A stretch of 64,000 nucleotides of DNA from NCBI GenBank assembly GCA_965205485.1, contig OZ242180.1, positions 2,816,001-2,880,000 on the forward strand, written 5' to 3'. Positions 1 to 8,997 of this stretch are shown here, piece by piece (the first letter of the stretch is position 1; every line of letters begins with the position of its first letter). The translations under genes and the position numbers were made by a program. The DNA is from Candidatus Latescibacterota bacterium. Its GTDB lineage: Bacteria; Latescibacterota; UBA2968; GCA-2709665. Below the pieces are notes generated by a model. That model worked only from the letters and a program-made list of their open reading frames with translations, ran no database searches and was not told the DNA's origin.

Positions 1-191
1 TGATCATTTTCGCCGGGGGCCTTGTGAGCTATATACACCTCAGAAAGAAGAGGGAAGGCAAGGGGATGAGTCCCGAACGGGCCAAGCGAATGGAGTCGCG
101 GCTGGACGCCGTGGACCAGCGGCTGAACGACCTCCAGGAAGTGATCATCACCCTGGATGAAAGGCTCAGGCGAGGCAAAACCAACGTCTGA
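1..191 (+). CDS. 5'-truncated small membrane protein, PspB-like (TM segment then coiled coil)
   Basis: Not in the ORF track. Frame from nt 3 reads IIFAGGLVSYIHLRKKREGKGMSPERAKRMESRLDAVDQRLNDLQEVIITLDERLRRGKTNV* (TGA 189-191). Its C-terminus matches that of the next ORF. Confidence 0.7.
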   Translation, partial: IIFAGGLVSYIHLRKKREGKGMSPERAKRMESRLDAVDQRLNDLQEVIITLDERLRRGKTNV

Positions 192-222
192 ACAACGACT
201 GCAAGCCAAAGGAGGGATCCTG

Positions 223-600
223 ATGACCCGTGAGTTTATTACCAGAGGCGCAATCGTCTTTATCCTGATTTTGCTTGGAGCGGTAACGCTGAGGTTTTTC
301 TTCGGCGACCCATTCATGCCCGGGAGTTCGCCACGCTTCGTGAGTTTCGCCATTGCTCTTGCACTGGGGATTCTGCTGATCGGCGGGACAGTCGCGGTGA
401 CCGTGTTCGCCCTCGGCTACGTGATGATATATCTGAAGCGTCGGAACAGCGGCCAGACTCACGGATTCGAAACGAACCAGACAGAAGCGTTCAAAACCCG
501 GCTGAACGAAGTGGATCAACGCCTGACCGATGTTCAGGACATACTGATAACCATTGACGAGAAACTGAGCCGGTTGCAGGAAAACAGGAGCACGGGCTGA
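223..600 (+). CDS. membrane protein with 2 TM segments and a PspB-like C-terminal coiled coil
   Basis: GGAGG at 211 favours ATG 223. Two hydrophobic segments, then RLNEVDQRLTDVQDILITIDEKL. Confidence 0.7.
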   Translation: MTREFITRGAIVFILILLGAVTLRFFFGDPFMPGSSPRFVSFAIALALGILLIGGTVAVTVFALGYVMIYLKRRNSGQTHGFETNQTEAFKTRLNEVDQRLTDVQDILITIDEKLSRLQENRSTG

Positions 601-734
601 TCATCGTCTCCATTCGAATCCGCCTCTGTACCGCGACGTCCGGGCGGACTCCAGGTCTTTCACGTAACTTTCAATCTAAACCGGAATGGCAGAGATAAAT
701 CATCTGGCTACCGGAGAGTAGAAAGGACGGAACC

Positions 735-911
735 ATGCTCGCGAAGATCCTCGGCATCATCCTTATCGCCATCGGCGCGTATCTCGGTATTTTCGAAGCG
801 ATCAAGCTCATCGGCATGTCCCTGGAAATGGTGTTCTTGCTCCTTAAGCTGTTTGTGTCGTTTGTCCTGATTTACGTGGGTTACCGGCTGCTTACAGGAG
901 AATCCAGATAA
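735..911 (+). CDS. 58-aa two-TM small membrane protein
   Basis: Below the ORF-track cutoff. AAAGGA RBS, ATG 735, TAA 909-911. MLAKILGIILIAIGAYLGIFEAIKLIGMSLEMVFLLLKLFVSFVLIYVGYRLLTGESR. Confidence 0.7.
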   Translation: MLAKILGIILIAIGAYLGIFEAIKLIGMSLEMVFLLLKLFVSFVLIYVGYRLLTGESR

Positions 912-942
912 TTGACCGACCATTAGAGAGGAAAACCAATAG

Positions 943-1518
943 ATGAAAAACGAACGGTATCTGGTCCGGAGGGCAATCGAAGGTGACGCGGCCGCCTTCG
1001 GCGTCCTGTACCGGGCCTGCCACGAACAGATCTACGCCACGATGGTGCGTCGAACAAGCGACCCTGAAACCGCACAGGATCTCGTACAGACCGCGTTTTT
1101 GAGGGCATATACGGCCCTTGGCTCCTATCGAGGCGATGCCGCGTTTGCCACCTGGCTCACCCAGATCGCCCTGAACGTCCACAAGTCCCACTTCCGCAAA
1201 CAGCAGGTGCGCCGTCGGTGGACAACGGTAACCGAAGATCCTGCCGCACTCGTGGAAGCCACGCGCGTGCCCGCCGCGGGCGAGAATCCTGAATCCACGG
1301 TCGAGCGAAACCAGCGGCGCGAACTCGTGAGAATGAGCATTCACGCATTGCCGGAAAGATATCGCGAAGTTATCTGGATGCGTTATGTTCGCGACTGGTC
1401 CTACGAGGAGATAACACGGGCGCTGCAGATTCCTATGGGGACGGTCAAGACATGGCTCAATCGCGGACGTTACCAGTTGAAGGGCGAATTCAGAAAGCGG
1501 GGACTGGTACCCTCCTGA
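943..1518 (+). CDS. ECF (sigma-24) RNA polymerase sigma factor
   Basis: Region 2 AQDLVQTAFLRAY..FATWLTQIALN; region 4 LPERYREVI..SYEEI..L.IPMGTVKTWLNRGR. Confidence 0.93.
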   Translation: MKNERYLVRRAIEGDAAAFGVLYRACHEQIYATMVRRTSDPETAQDLVQTAFLRAYTALGSYRGDAAFATWLTQIALNVHKSHFRKQQVRRRWTTVTEDPAALVEATRVPAAGENPESTVERNQRRELVRMSIHALPERYREVIWMRYVRDWSYEEITRALQIPMGTVKTWLNRGRYQLKGEFRKRGLVPS

Positions 1519-1601
1519 GTTCGCGTGACTTCAAGTTCCGGACAATTCCAGTTTTGGTGCTCGAACGGGAGGTCTCAGCGCTTGCATTGGCGTCTCATTC
1601 G

Positions 1602-1661
1602 GGGCGAAAACTGTAGCCGAGCATCGTCCCGGCGCCAGGCACCGTGGGCGAAAACCGTAGC
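1602..1661 (+). promoter_or_regulatory. 16-bp direct repeat, candidate operator/UAS upstream of NfeD-flotillin
   Basis: gggcgaaaactgtagc (1602-1617) and gggcgaaaaccgtagc (1646-1661), 15/16 identical, 44 bp apart, just upstream of TTGACG at 1671. Confidence 0.45.
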
Positions 1662-1794
1662 GATTTTGTATTGACGCAAAGAAGATTCTGTATCACATTT
1701 CGCGGCGCAAAGCGCTTTACCGATACAGACCGTTTTTCCGCGTACGGGAGATCGTCGTTGCAAACTCAAGGAGATCCGAAGAAGGGAGCCGGAT

Positions 1795-2391
1795 ATGGAT
1801 GCCTGGTGGATGGAACTGACCGTGCTCAATCAGATTTTCTACGTCATGGCGATTTTCTTCAGTGCGTTTTTCGTCTGGCAACTCCTGGCTGCCTTGCTCG
1901 GTCTCGGAGGAGGGGCGGACGCGGGGATCGCAGGAGATGCGAACTTCGGCGATACCGGGCCGGAGTTCAACGACGGTACGGTTGCCTCATTCAAGCTGCT
2001 GTCTATCCGGTCGCTCATTGCCTTTGGCATGCTGTTCGGGTGGGCGGGTGCCCTGTATCTCCAAAGAGGGATGGAAGTACGAACCGCCCTTGTCTACGCG
2101 CTTGTATGGGGCAGCGCGGGCATGGCGGTCGTGGCCTATTTCTTCCACGGTATCAGGCAGCTTACCGAAACCGGAAACGCAAGCCTTGATACGTGCGTAG
2201 GCACGTCGGGTGAAGTGTATCTGGATATTCCGGAAGGCGGCACGGGGCAGGTCCGGGTGATGGAGAGCGGGACGGTCGCGTACGTGACTGCCCGAGGAAA
2301 GAACGGCATGCCGGTCTCCGCCAGGACGCCCGTGCGCATTCTCCGGGTTGTGAGCGCAACCACGCTTGAGGTCGAGCCCCTGAAATCATGA
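1795..2391 (+). CDS. short NfeD-like (YuaF/YqiJ-type) flotillin partner
   Basis: N-terminal TM helices and C-terminal OB-fold motif VGTSGEVYLDIP..GTGQVRV; directly upstream of flotillin. Confidence 0.85.
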   Translation: MDAWWMELTVLNQIFYVMAIFFSAFFVWQLLAALLGLGGGADAGIAGDANFGDTGPEFNDGTVASFKLLSIRSLIAFGMLFGWAGALYLQRGMEVRTALVYALVWGSAGMAVVAYFFHGIRQLTETGNASLDTCVGTSGEVYLDIPEGGTGQVRVMESGTVAYVTARGKNGMPVSARTPVRILRVVSATTLEVEPLKS

Positions 2392-2485
2392 GAAGCTGGA
2401 TCAACATGATATTTGCAGCCAGCGCGGATTTTCCCCGGGAAAGATCTCATTCAACGGTGCTATATTCAGTCGAGGAGGGATTGCA

Positions 2486-4000
2486 ATGGCAACCGAGACG
2501 ATTCTGACAATCATCCTGCTGTTGGTGGTGTTTCTTCTCTTCGTGACGTTTATTTCCCGGTACAAACGGTGTCCGTCCAACAAGATATTGGTCGTCTACG
2601 GGAAAACCGGAAAGGGTGCCGCAAAATGCGTCCACGGAGGCGCGGCCTTCGTTCTTCCGCTCCTGCAGGATTATGAGTATCTGGACCTGGAACCGTTTGT
2701 CGTTCCCATAGACCTGGACAACGCGCTTTCTCAGGAGAACATCCGTGTGTCCGTACCCACAACCGTCACCGCGGCGGTTTCCAATCAGGCGGGCGTGATG
2801 CAGAATGCGGCGATCCGACTCCTGGGCCTTTCCCGCGAACAGATCCAGAGCCAGGCGCAGGACATCATCCTGGGCCAGATGCGGGCGGTGATCGCCACCA
2901 TGCAGATCGAAGAAATCAACAGGGACCGGCAGGCGTTTATGTCCAAGGTCAATGAAGCCGTGTCAACCGAAATGGAGAAAATCGGGCTGGCCGTGATCAA
3001 TGTAAACATCAAGGATATCGAAGACGAAAGCGGCTATATCAAAGCCCTCGGTCAGAAGGCGGCCGCCGAAGCCATCAATCAGGCGGCAATCGACGTGGCC
3101 GAGCAGGAGAAAATGGGCAAGGTGGGTGTGGCCGAACGGGAACGAGACCAGCGTACGGACGTGGCCGCGGCGAATGCGGCCGCGGACATCGGCGAGGCCG
3201 AGGCCGCCAGGGACAGGCGCCAGCGGGTTGCCGCGCTGGAATCCGAGGCACAGATCGGGGAGGCAGAGGCCACCAGGAACAAACGCCAGATGGTCTCTGC
3301 CCTGGATGCGGAAGCGGTCCAGGCCGAGACGGAGGCCGATTCCAAGAAGGCCGGTTACATGGCGCAGCAGACCGTAGCCGAGGAGGTCGCGCGTCAGAAG
3401 GGACAGGAGGCCGCCAAGGCAGCCGACGGCGCCATCCGGGTCGCTCAGGAAAAGGCGGAAAGAGAGGCAGAGGACGCCCGGGCGCTACGCGAAGAAGCCC
3501 GCCTTAGAGCCGAAATCGTCGTAGAAGCCGAGGCGCAAAAGAAAAAGCTGGTTGTGCAGGCCGAGGCCGAGAAAGCCCAGAAAGCGCTTGTGGCGGAAGG
3601 CGAGGCCGCCGCGATTCTGGCCGAGCGACGGGCCGAAGCGGAGGGCACTCAGGCCATACTGGACGCCAAGGCCGAGGGATATAAGGAACTGGTTGCCGCC
3701 TGCGGCGGTAAAGACCAGGCTGCCGCAGCCTTCCTCATCGTCGAACGGCTGACAGAGGTCGCGGGCATTCAGGCCGAAGCCATTCAGAATATCCCGCTGG
3801 AGAAAATCGTGGTCTGGGACGGCGGCAACGGACAGGGAGGTATGTCCAACCTCGGTCAGCGTCTGATGGGCGCGATTCCTCCCATGCACGAACTGGCAAA
3901 GCTGGCAGGTCTGGAACTGCCGGAGTTTCTGGGCAGGTTGGCAGGCGGAGTGAATCCGGCGGACGGTAATGAAGACAAAACCGGAGAATCCTCCGGATAA
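2486..4000 (+). CDS. flotillin (SPFH domain plus AE/EA-rich coiled coil)
   Basis: N-terminal TM, RYKRCPSNKILVVYG, GGAAFVLP, GQMRAVIATM.IEEINRDR, long Ala/Glu repeats; GAGGAGG RBS. Confidence 0.93.
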   Translation: MATETILTIILLLVVFLLFVTFISRYKRCPSNKILVVYGKTGKGAAKCVHGGAAFVLPLLQDYEYLDLEPFVVPIDLDNALSQENIRVSVPTTVTAAVSNQAGVMQNAAIRLLGLSREQIQSQAQDIILGQMRAVIATMQIEEINRDRQAFMSKVNEAVSTEMEKIGLAVINVNIKDIEDESGYIKALGQKAAAEAINQAAIDVAEQEKMGKVGVAERERDQRTDVAAANAAADIGEAEAARDRRQRVAALESEAQIGEAEATRNKRQMVSALDAEAVQAETEADSKKAGYMAQQTVAEEVARQKGQEAAKAADGAIRVAQEKAEREAEDARALREEARLRAEIVVEAEAQKKKLVVQAEAEKAQKALVAEGEAAAILAERRAEAEGTQAILDAKAEGYKELVAACGGKDQAAAAFLIVERLTEVAGIQAEAIQNIPLEKIVVWDGGNGQGGMSNLGQRLMGAIPPMHELAKLAGLELPEFLGRLAGGVNPADGNEDKTGESSG

Positions 4001-4025
4001 ACCCGATTAGTCATGGAGTAACCTG

Positions 4026-5651
4026 TTGACCAAATCTGACATATCAGACAATGGTCCGGCGCCGTCCGACCGCATAAGTATCGTTCGGACCCTCCCGGAA
4101 TCCGCGAATGCAGACGCACGGAGGCACTGCCGCGACGGTGATTCCGCGTTGGAAACCGGGGACATGTCGAGAGCTGAAGCCGCTTACGCTTCGGCACTGA
4201 GTCACGACGCGGGCAACCTTCGTGCGCTCCACAACCTGGGTGTCGTCCACTATAGAAGGGGCAACTGGCAGCATGCGCTCGCAAGCTTCGAACGTGCGCT
4301 GGGCTTGACCCATGACAATTCGGACCTGTACTTCAAGATCGGTATGTGCCTGCTCAAGACGGGCGCAGATGGCGCGTCGGAGGCCTTCGAGTCCGCCATC
4401 GCGGGCAAGCCGGAACATCTTGAGGCGCGCTTTCAACTGGCGCTGTTGCGGGCGGAGGGCGCGGAATCGGGATCCAGGGGTCGGCAACAGGCGGTCGAAA
4501 TGCTCCGTTTTATTCTGGAGGCGGTGGATCGCGGCGTGCACTACGGCAACGTGGACGGTGCCTGCTTCCTGCTCGCCAGCTTTCTGGACGACCTTCCGGA
4601 GAACATCGAGGAAGCGATCGCTGTTTACCGTCGTGGTCTGGAAGCGAATCCGCTGTTCGCACCGGGTCACAACAACCTTGGCATCCTGCTCATGCAATCG
4701 GGTCAGACCCTTCAGGCCCTGGGTGCATTCAAGATAGCCATCCAGCTCGAGCCGGATTACGCGCTGCCCTACAGGAACCTGGCGCATCTCTTGTTCGATC
4801 ACAAGAGTTCAGCGCAGATGGAGCAGGAATATACAACCATCATCGAAGAATTCGGCGCAAAGGCTGCTTCGGTTCTGGCAAGGTTGTCCCTTGAGCTCAT
4901 CGACATGGGACGTGTGCAGGTGGGTGAGAGCCTGTACACGCGTGGCCACCAGATAAAGAACCTGATGGGTCTGGTCGGGAGCCGTACACGCAGGCTGATT
5001 CGAAGGAACCGGAAGGACAACACGGTGCTCGATGATCTAAGGGAAATCGCACGCGATCAGGAGCACATCTACGACCAGTGGGTCGCGTACCTGCGCAGCA
5101 TGAAGCAGGACCCGTTGAATCCCACACTGGTCGATATTCCACTGCTGTTGCGCAACATCAGAAAGACGGTCTCGAGCCGGACCGGTGGTACGTTGCTCCG
5201 CTTCGCATTCGAACCGCAGGTGCCCCAGGTCAAGGTCGACCCCGGAATGTTGCGTGAGGCGGTTACCAACCTGATTCTCAACGCACTGGACGCCGTAGAC
5301 GAGGATGGTGCGGTCACGGTACAGGCCGGCTACGACAATAAGCGGGCGTCGGTGTTCATCGAGGTGGAAGACAACGGGCCGGGCATATCCGAAGAAATCC
5401 AGGGTCGCATCTTCGATCCGGGGTTCTCAACCAAAGAAAAGGGCAATGGATTCGGCCTCAGCATCTGCTCGCGGATCGTATCCGCCCACAGGGGAAACCT
5501 GCGCATGATCAGCCGTCCGGGCGCCGGTGCCGTGTTTCGCATCGACATTCCAGTGGACTTCGAGCTCGTTTCCGAATCCGAAAGCATCGGCTGGAGCGGG
5601 GATCCGTTAGCTGCGTCCAGGCTGCCGCTGGCCGAGGAATTCATCGAGTAA
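4026..5651 (+). CDS. soluble TPR-repeat sensor histidine kinase
   Basis: TPRs (ALHNLGVVHY, GHNNLGILL, PYRNLAHLL); H-box HQIKNLMG; N box NLILNALDA; G1 DNGPGI; F FDPGFSTK; G2 GNGFGL; no TM segment. Confidence 0.88.
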   Translation: MTKSDISDNGPAPSDRISIVRTLPESANADARRHCRDGDSALETGDMSRAEAAYASALSHDAGNLRALHNLGVVHYRRGNWQHALASFERALGLTHDNSDLYFKIGMCLLKTGADGASEAFESAIAGKPEHLEARFQLALLRAEGAESGSRGRQQAVEMLRFILEAVDRGVHYGNVDGACFLLASFLDDLPENIEEAIAVYRRGLEANPLFAPGHNNLGILLMQSGQTLQALGAFKIAIQLEPDYALPYRNLAHLLFDHKSSAQMEQEYTTIIEEFGAKAASVLARLSLELIDMGRVQVGESLYTRGHQIKNLMGLVGSRTRRLIRRNRKDNTVLDDLREIARDQEHIYDQWVAYLRSMKQDPLNPTLVDIPLLLRNIRKTVSSRTGGTLLRFAFEPQVPQVKVDPGMLREAVTNLILNALDAVDEDGAVTVQAGYDNKRASVFIEVEDNGPGISEEIQGRIFDPGFSTKEKGNGFGLSICSRIVSAHRGNLRMISRPGAGAVFRIDIPVDFELVSESESIGWSGDPLAASRLPLAEEFIE

Positions 5652-5654
5652 GTC

Positions 5655-7061
5655 ATGAACGCGCAAATCGTTGTCGCAGACGACCAGTCCGAAATCCTGG
5701 GCATGCTCACGCGAAGCCTTCAGGTGGATGGCCGGATCGTGAGGGCATTTCCCACCGGTAGAGAGGCCTTCGCGTATTTGCGAAAACACGTTTCGGACGT
5801 TGACATGGCGATTCTGGATATCGACTTTGGACAGGCCGAGCCGGACGGCCTCGAAATTCTCCGTCAGATTCGCGATCTCGCACCCGATCTGCCGGTGATC
5901 ATCCTCACGGGCAAGGGCACCGTGGAGAACGCCGTAGCCGCCCTGCGCATGGGCGCTTCCGACTTTATCGAGAAAGACTTCTATATTGAAGACCGGCTTG
6001 AACTCAGCCTTGAAAAACTCGACCGCGTACTTGCCGTGCTCAAGGAGAACGCTCGCCTCCAGGCCCGGGTTAAGGATCTGGATCGGGAGAACAGATTCTA
6101 CCGTGACGAATTCGGCAAGAAATACAGGACGGTAAACGCCAGCTCACAGATGCTGCGGATTATGCAACAGGCCGAGCGCATCGCTTCCATCCCCCGACCG
6201 GTCCTGGTCCTCGGCGAACCCGGAACCGGAAAGGAACTCGTGGCCGCCGCGATCCACTACGGTGGGGTACGAAGAGATCGTCCATTCGTCAAAGTCAACT
6301 GCGCCGCCCTTTCCGCCAACCTCCTGGAAAGCGAGCTCTTCGGCCATGAGAAAGGCGCCTTTACCGGAGCCACGGAAGCCCGGCCGGGCCGGTTTGAAGC
6401 GGCAAACGGCGGCACTCTGTTGCTGGACGAGATCGGCAACACCACGCCCGAGTTCCAGCAGAACGTCCTGCGCGCCATTGAATATCAGGAGATCCAACGG
6501 GTGGGCGGCGCCGCGCCGACCAGCGTGGACGTACGTATCATTGCCGCCACGAATGCCGACCTCGAGCGCGAGATCGTCGAAGGCCGCTTCCGGCAGGATC
6601 TGTACGACCGCCTGCGCTTCGAGATTATCCGCATTCCCCCCCTACGGGAGCGTCGTGAAGACATCCGGCCCCTCGCCGTATTTTTCGTCGAACAGATCGT
6701 CCGGGAGGTGCCGGGCCTGGAAGCGCGTCCGTTTTCGGAGAGCGCGCTGCGGATGCTGTTGGGCTACGCGTGGCCGGGAAACGTGCGCGAGCTTAAATTC
6801 GCTGTCGAACGCGCCGCCTGCATGGCCGTGGGTGCATCCATCGAGCCCCGGGACCTGCCGCCGGAGATCTCCAGCGGGGCCGCCGCTGCGCCCGGAGACG
6901 GGTTTGACGCCCAGGTTACGGCGTTTGAACTCGGCTTGCTCAGAGGCGCGTTGAGCCGCGCAAACTGGAACCAGCGCAAGGCCGCCGAGTCGCTCTGCTT
7001 GAGCTACGATCAGTTTCGTCACTTTTACAGGAAGTACGGACTTGCAGGAGAGAAATCCTGA
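5655..7061 (+). CDS. sigma54-dependent response regulator (REC + AAA+ + Fis-type HTH) with PspF-like output domains
   Basis: REC (VADD..ILDID..LTG..K); Walker [48 protein letters not shown]. Confidence 0.92.
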   Translation: MNAQIVVADDQSEILGMLTRSLQVDGRIVRAFPTGREAFAYLRKHVSDVDMAILDIDFGQAEPDGLEILRQIRDLAPDLPVIILTGKGTVENAVAALRMGASDFIEKDFYIEDRLELSLEKLDRVLAVLKENARLQARVKDLDRENRFYRDEFGKKYRTVNASSQMLRIMQQAERIASIPRPVLVLGEPGTGKELVAAAIHYGGVRRDRPFVKVNCAALSANLLESELFGHEKGAFTGATEARPGRFEAANGGTLLLDEIGNTTPEFQQNVLRAIEYQEIQRVGGAAPTSVDVRIIAATNADLEREIVEGRFRQDLYDRLRFEIIRIPPLRERREDIRPLAVFFVEQIVREVPGLEARPFSESALRMLLGYAWPGNVRELKFAVERAACMAVGASIEPRDLPPEISSGAAAAPGDGFDAQVTAFELGLLRGALSRANWNQRKAAESLCLSYDQFRHFYRKYGLAGEKS

Positions 7062-7131
7062 CACACTCTCGCACGTTGACAGGGAAAGCGACCAACCGAG
7101 GTTCATTACGGCATATCCGGCTTGATCGTAA

Positions 7132-7317
7132 GAAGTTGTCTTAAAATTCCCGGTGAGTTCCCGAGCGCGAGCGAAAAAGCGGCGGTTATGAGGCGCGAGG
7201 GGCGCGCAGCGCCGACGGGAAAATCCGCCCATATCTGTCTATACGGGTGGGTTTGACCAACGCCGACCGGCGCTTTTGCAGCCGCGCGAAGACCGCTGGA
7301 AATTTTAAGACAGCTTC
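7132..7317. mobile_element. MITE-like non-autonomous element with 17-bp terminal inverted repeats
   Basis: gaagttgtcttaaaatt (7132-7148) vs aattttaagacagcttc (7301-7317), 16/17 complementary; internal hairpin aaatccgcccatat/atacgggtgggttt; no coding capacity. Confidence 0.6.
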
Positions 7318-7330
7318 CAAGGAGACAGAT

Positions 7331-7735
7331 ATGTTCAAGGAACCGGACGTTATAGCGCTTACAACGGAGGTTCCGCTCAATCATATTTGGGATGTCCCGT
7401 CCAGCAGCCCGCTGATTGAGAAACGCAATCCGGGGGAAGGGCTGAAAGTCGGCGACATTGGCACGATTGTATATGTGCAGGGCAACGGGGAAGCACTCGA
7501 GGTTGAATTCCTGGGCCCGGAAGGCAACACGATAGGCGTTGCCACGATCTCGCCATCACAGGCCCGCTTGGCCACGGAAGAAGACCTCACTAACCGATCT
7601 CTTCCGGAAGAAGCTGACAGTGCGGCTCTATCACGGCCACAGGATAGATTTGGAAGGCCCAGTTCTTTGTCAGTACAGGAAGATCCCGAAAACTACAACA
7701 CGCAGGACACGAATCCGGACAACACGGAGGTGTAA
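7331..7735 (+). CDS. DUF4926-like small protein
   Basis: AAGGAG RBS; MFKEPDVIAL..GLKVGDIGTIVYV..ALEVEF..G.TIGVAT pattern. Confidence 0.7.
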   Translation: MFKEPDVIALTTEVPLNHIWDVPSSSPLIEKRNPGEGLKVGDIGTIVYVQGNGEALEVEFLGPEGNTIGVATISPSQARLATEEDLTNRSLPEEADSAALSRPQDRFGRPSSLSVQEDPENYNTQDTNPDNTEV

Positions 7736-8523
7736 TGAACATTGTCGTATTCGGCGCGGCGGGCTGGCTCGGAAGGGCGGCGCTGGCCGCTCTTGACGGA
7801 AACCATCGGATCCGGGCTTTCGACTACGGCCCGCAGGCCTGGCAGTCATGGAACGATACCGACGGCGAATGGACGGGCGGTGAAGTCGTACACGGAGATA
7901 TCGTGGATTTCGATGCCGTTCACGGCGCCGTGGCGGACATGGACGCGGTTCTGCACATGGCGGTGTACCACTCGGACGAGCCCGGCGCCCATGGCGTTGA
8001 CGATCAGAAACCCTTTCTGATCAACATCAAGGGACTCTGGAACGTGCTTGAGTCCGCCCGGCGACACGGCATCGGGAGGATCGTGCACATCGGTTCCTGC
8101 CAGACCGCCCATCCCGGCGGCGTCTTCTTCTCGGCCGACGTCAGGCGGCCCGACGGAGGTCTGTACGGCGTTACGAAGCGCCTCCAGGAAGAAATGTGCC
8201 GGCAGTATTACGACGCGTTCGGGATGCGCATCATCGTACTCCGGCCTGACTACATCGTTGACAGCAGACTCGGGATCGGCCGGTACAGGGAAAAGCTGGG
8301 TACGGAAGCACGTCCTTATCGCCAGGGATGGGTCTGCCGACACGACCTTGCGGAAGCATGCCGGCTGGGCCTGGAGTCCCGGGACATCGACTTCGACGTC
8401 TTCCACGTCGTGGGAACGCCGGGCGCGGAAAAAACGTGCAATGTCGCACGGTCCCGTGAGATTCTCGGTCTGCAATACAGGGGAAATCTCGAACAATACC
8501 GGATCGGCGCCGGCGTGGAATAG
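7735..8523 (+). CDS. NAD-dependent epimerase/dehydratase (extended SDR)
   Basis: GAAGWLG Rossmann motif, YGVTK (YxxxK); TAATG overlap with the upstream gene. Confidence 0.88.
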   Translation: MNIVVFGAAGWLGRAALAALDGNHRIRAFDYGPQAWQSWNDTDGEWTGGEVVHGDIVDFDAVHGAVADMDAVLHMAVYHSDEPGAHGVDDQKPFLINIKGLWNVLESARRHGIGRIVHIGSCQTAHPGGVFFSADVRRPDGGLYGVTKRLQEEMCRQYYDAFGMRIIVLRPDYIVDSRLGIGRYREKLGTEARPYRQGWVCRHDLAEACRLGLESRDIDFDVFHVVGTPGAEKTCNVARSREILGLQYRGNLEQYRIGAGVE

Positions 8524-8559
8524 ACAGACCACGAGCCAAAATAACGAAAGGAGACGCCA

Positions 8560-8985
8560 ATGTCCGCCGAAGACAACGCTCGAATTGCCCGGGAGTCCCT
8601 CGAAGCCGCCTTCGCCTGTGACTGGAAGCGACTTCGCGAAACCTACGCCGACGACGCCACCATGGCCGGCGGCGCACTGAACATCCGGGGTGCGGAAAAC
8701 CTGGTGGCGCTCTGGCAGGGCTGTCACGAGGAAGAGCGGGACATGCGGCTGGAAATACTCAATGTCGTCGCAGACAACGTCATGGCCGCCGTGGAGTTTC
8801 GTTTCAGGGGTATCGTAAACCAGCCCCTTCCCGGGCTGCCCGAAGCAATGTACGGCAAACGGCTGGATGCCACCGAAGTGCATATGTGCCGGATTCAGAA
8901 CGGAAAAATCACCGCCGTGACGATTTACGGCGGCGTCCTTGAATCTCCCGACGTCCCACTCAAGCGGGTCTGGGTGGACAAATAG
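8560..8985 (+). CDS. SnoaL-like / NTF2-fold protein
   Basis: ENARIARE..AF..D..L.E.YADD..G.E..; C-terminal RIQNGKI; AAGGAG RBS. Confidence 0.75.
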   Translation: MSAEDNARIARESLEAAFACDWKRLRETYADDATMAGGALNIRGAENLVALWQGCHEEERDMRLEILNVVADNVMAAVEFRFRGIVNQPLPGLPEAMYGKRLDATEVHMCRIQNGKITAVTIYGGVLESPDVPLKRVWVDK

Positions 8986-8997
8986 GCAAGCAGGCTC

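Noticed and set aside
660..710. ECF-type promoter (AAC...CGT/CATC) before the small membrane gene
   Set aside because: No candidate has the expected ~16-17 nt spacing, so it cannot be supported.
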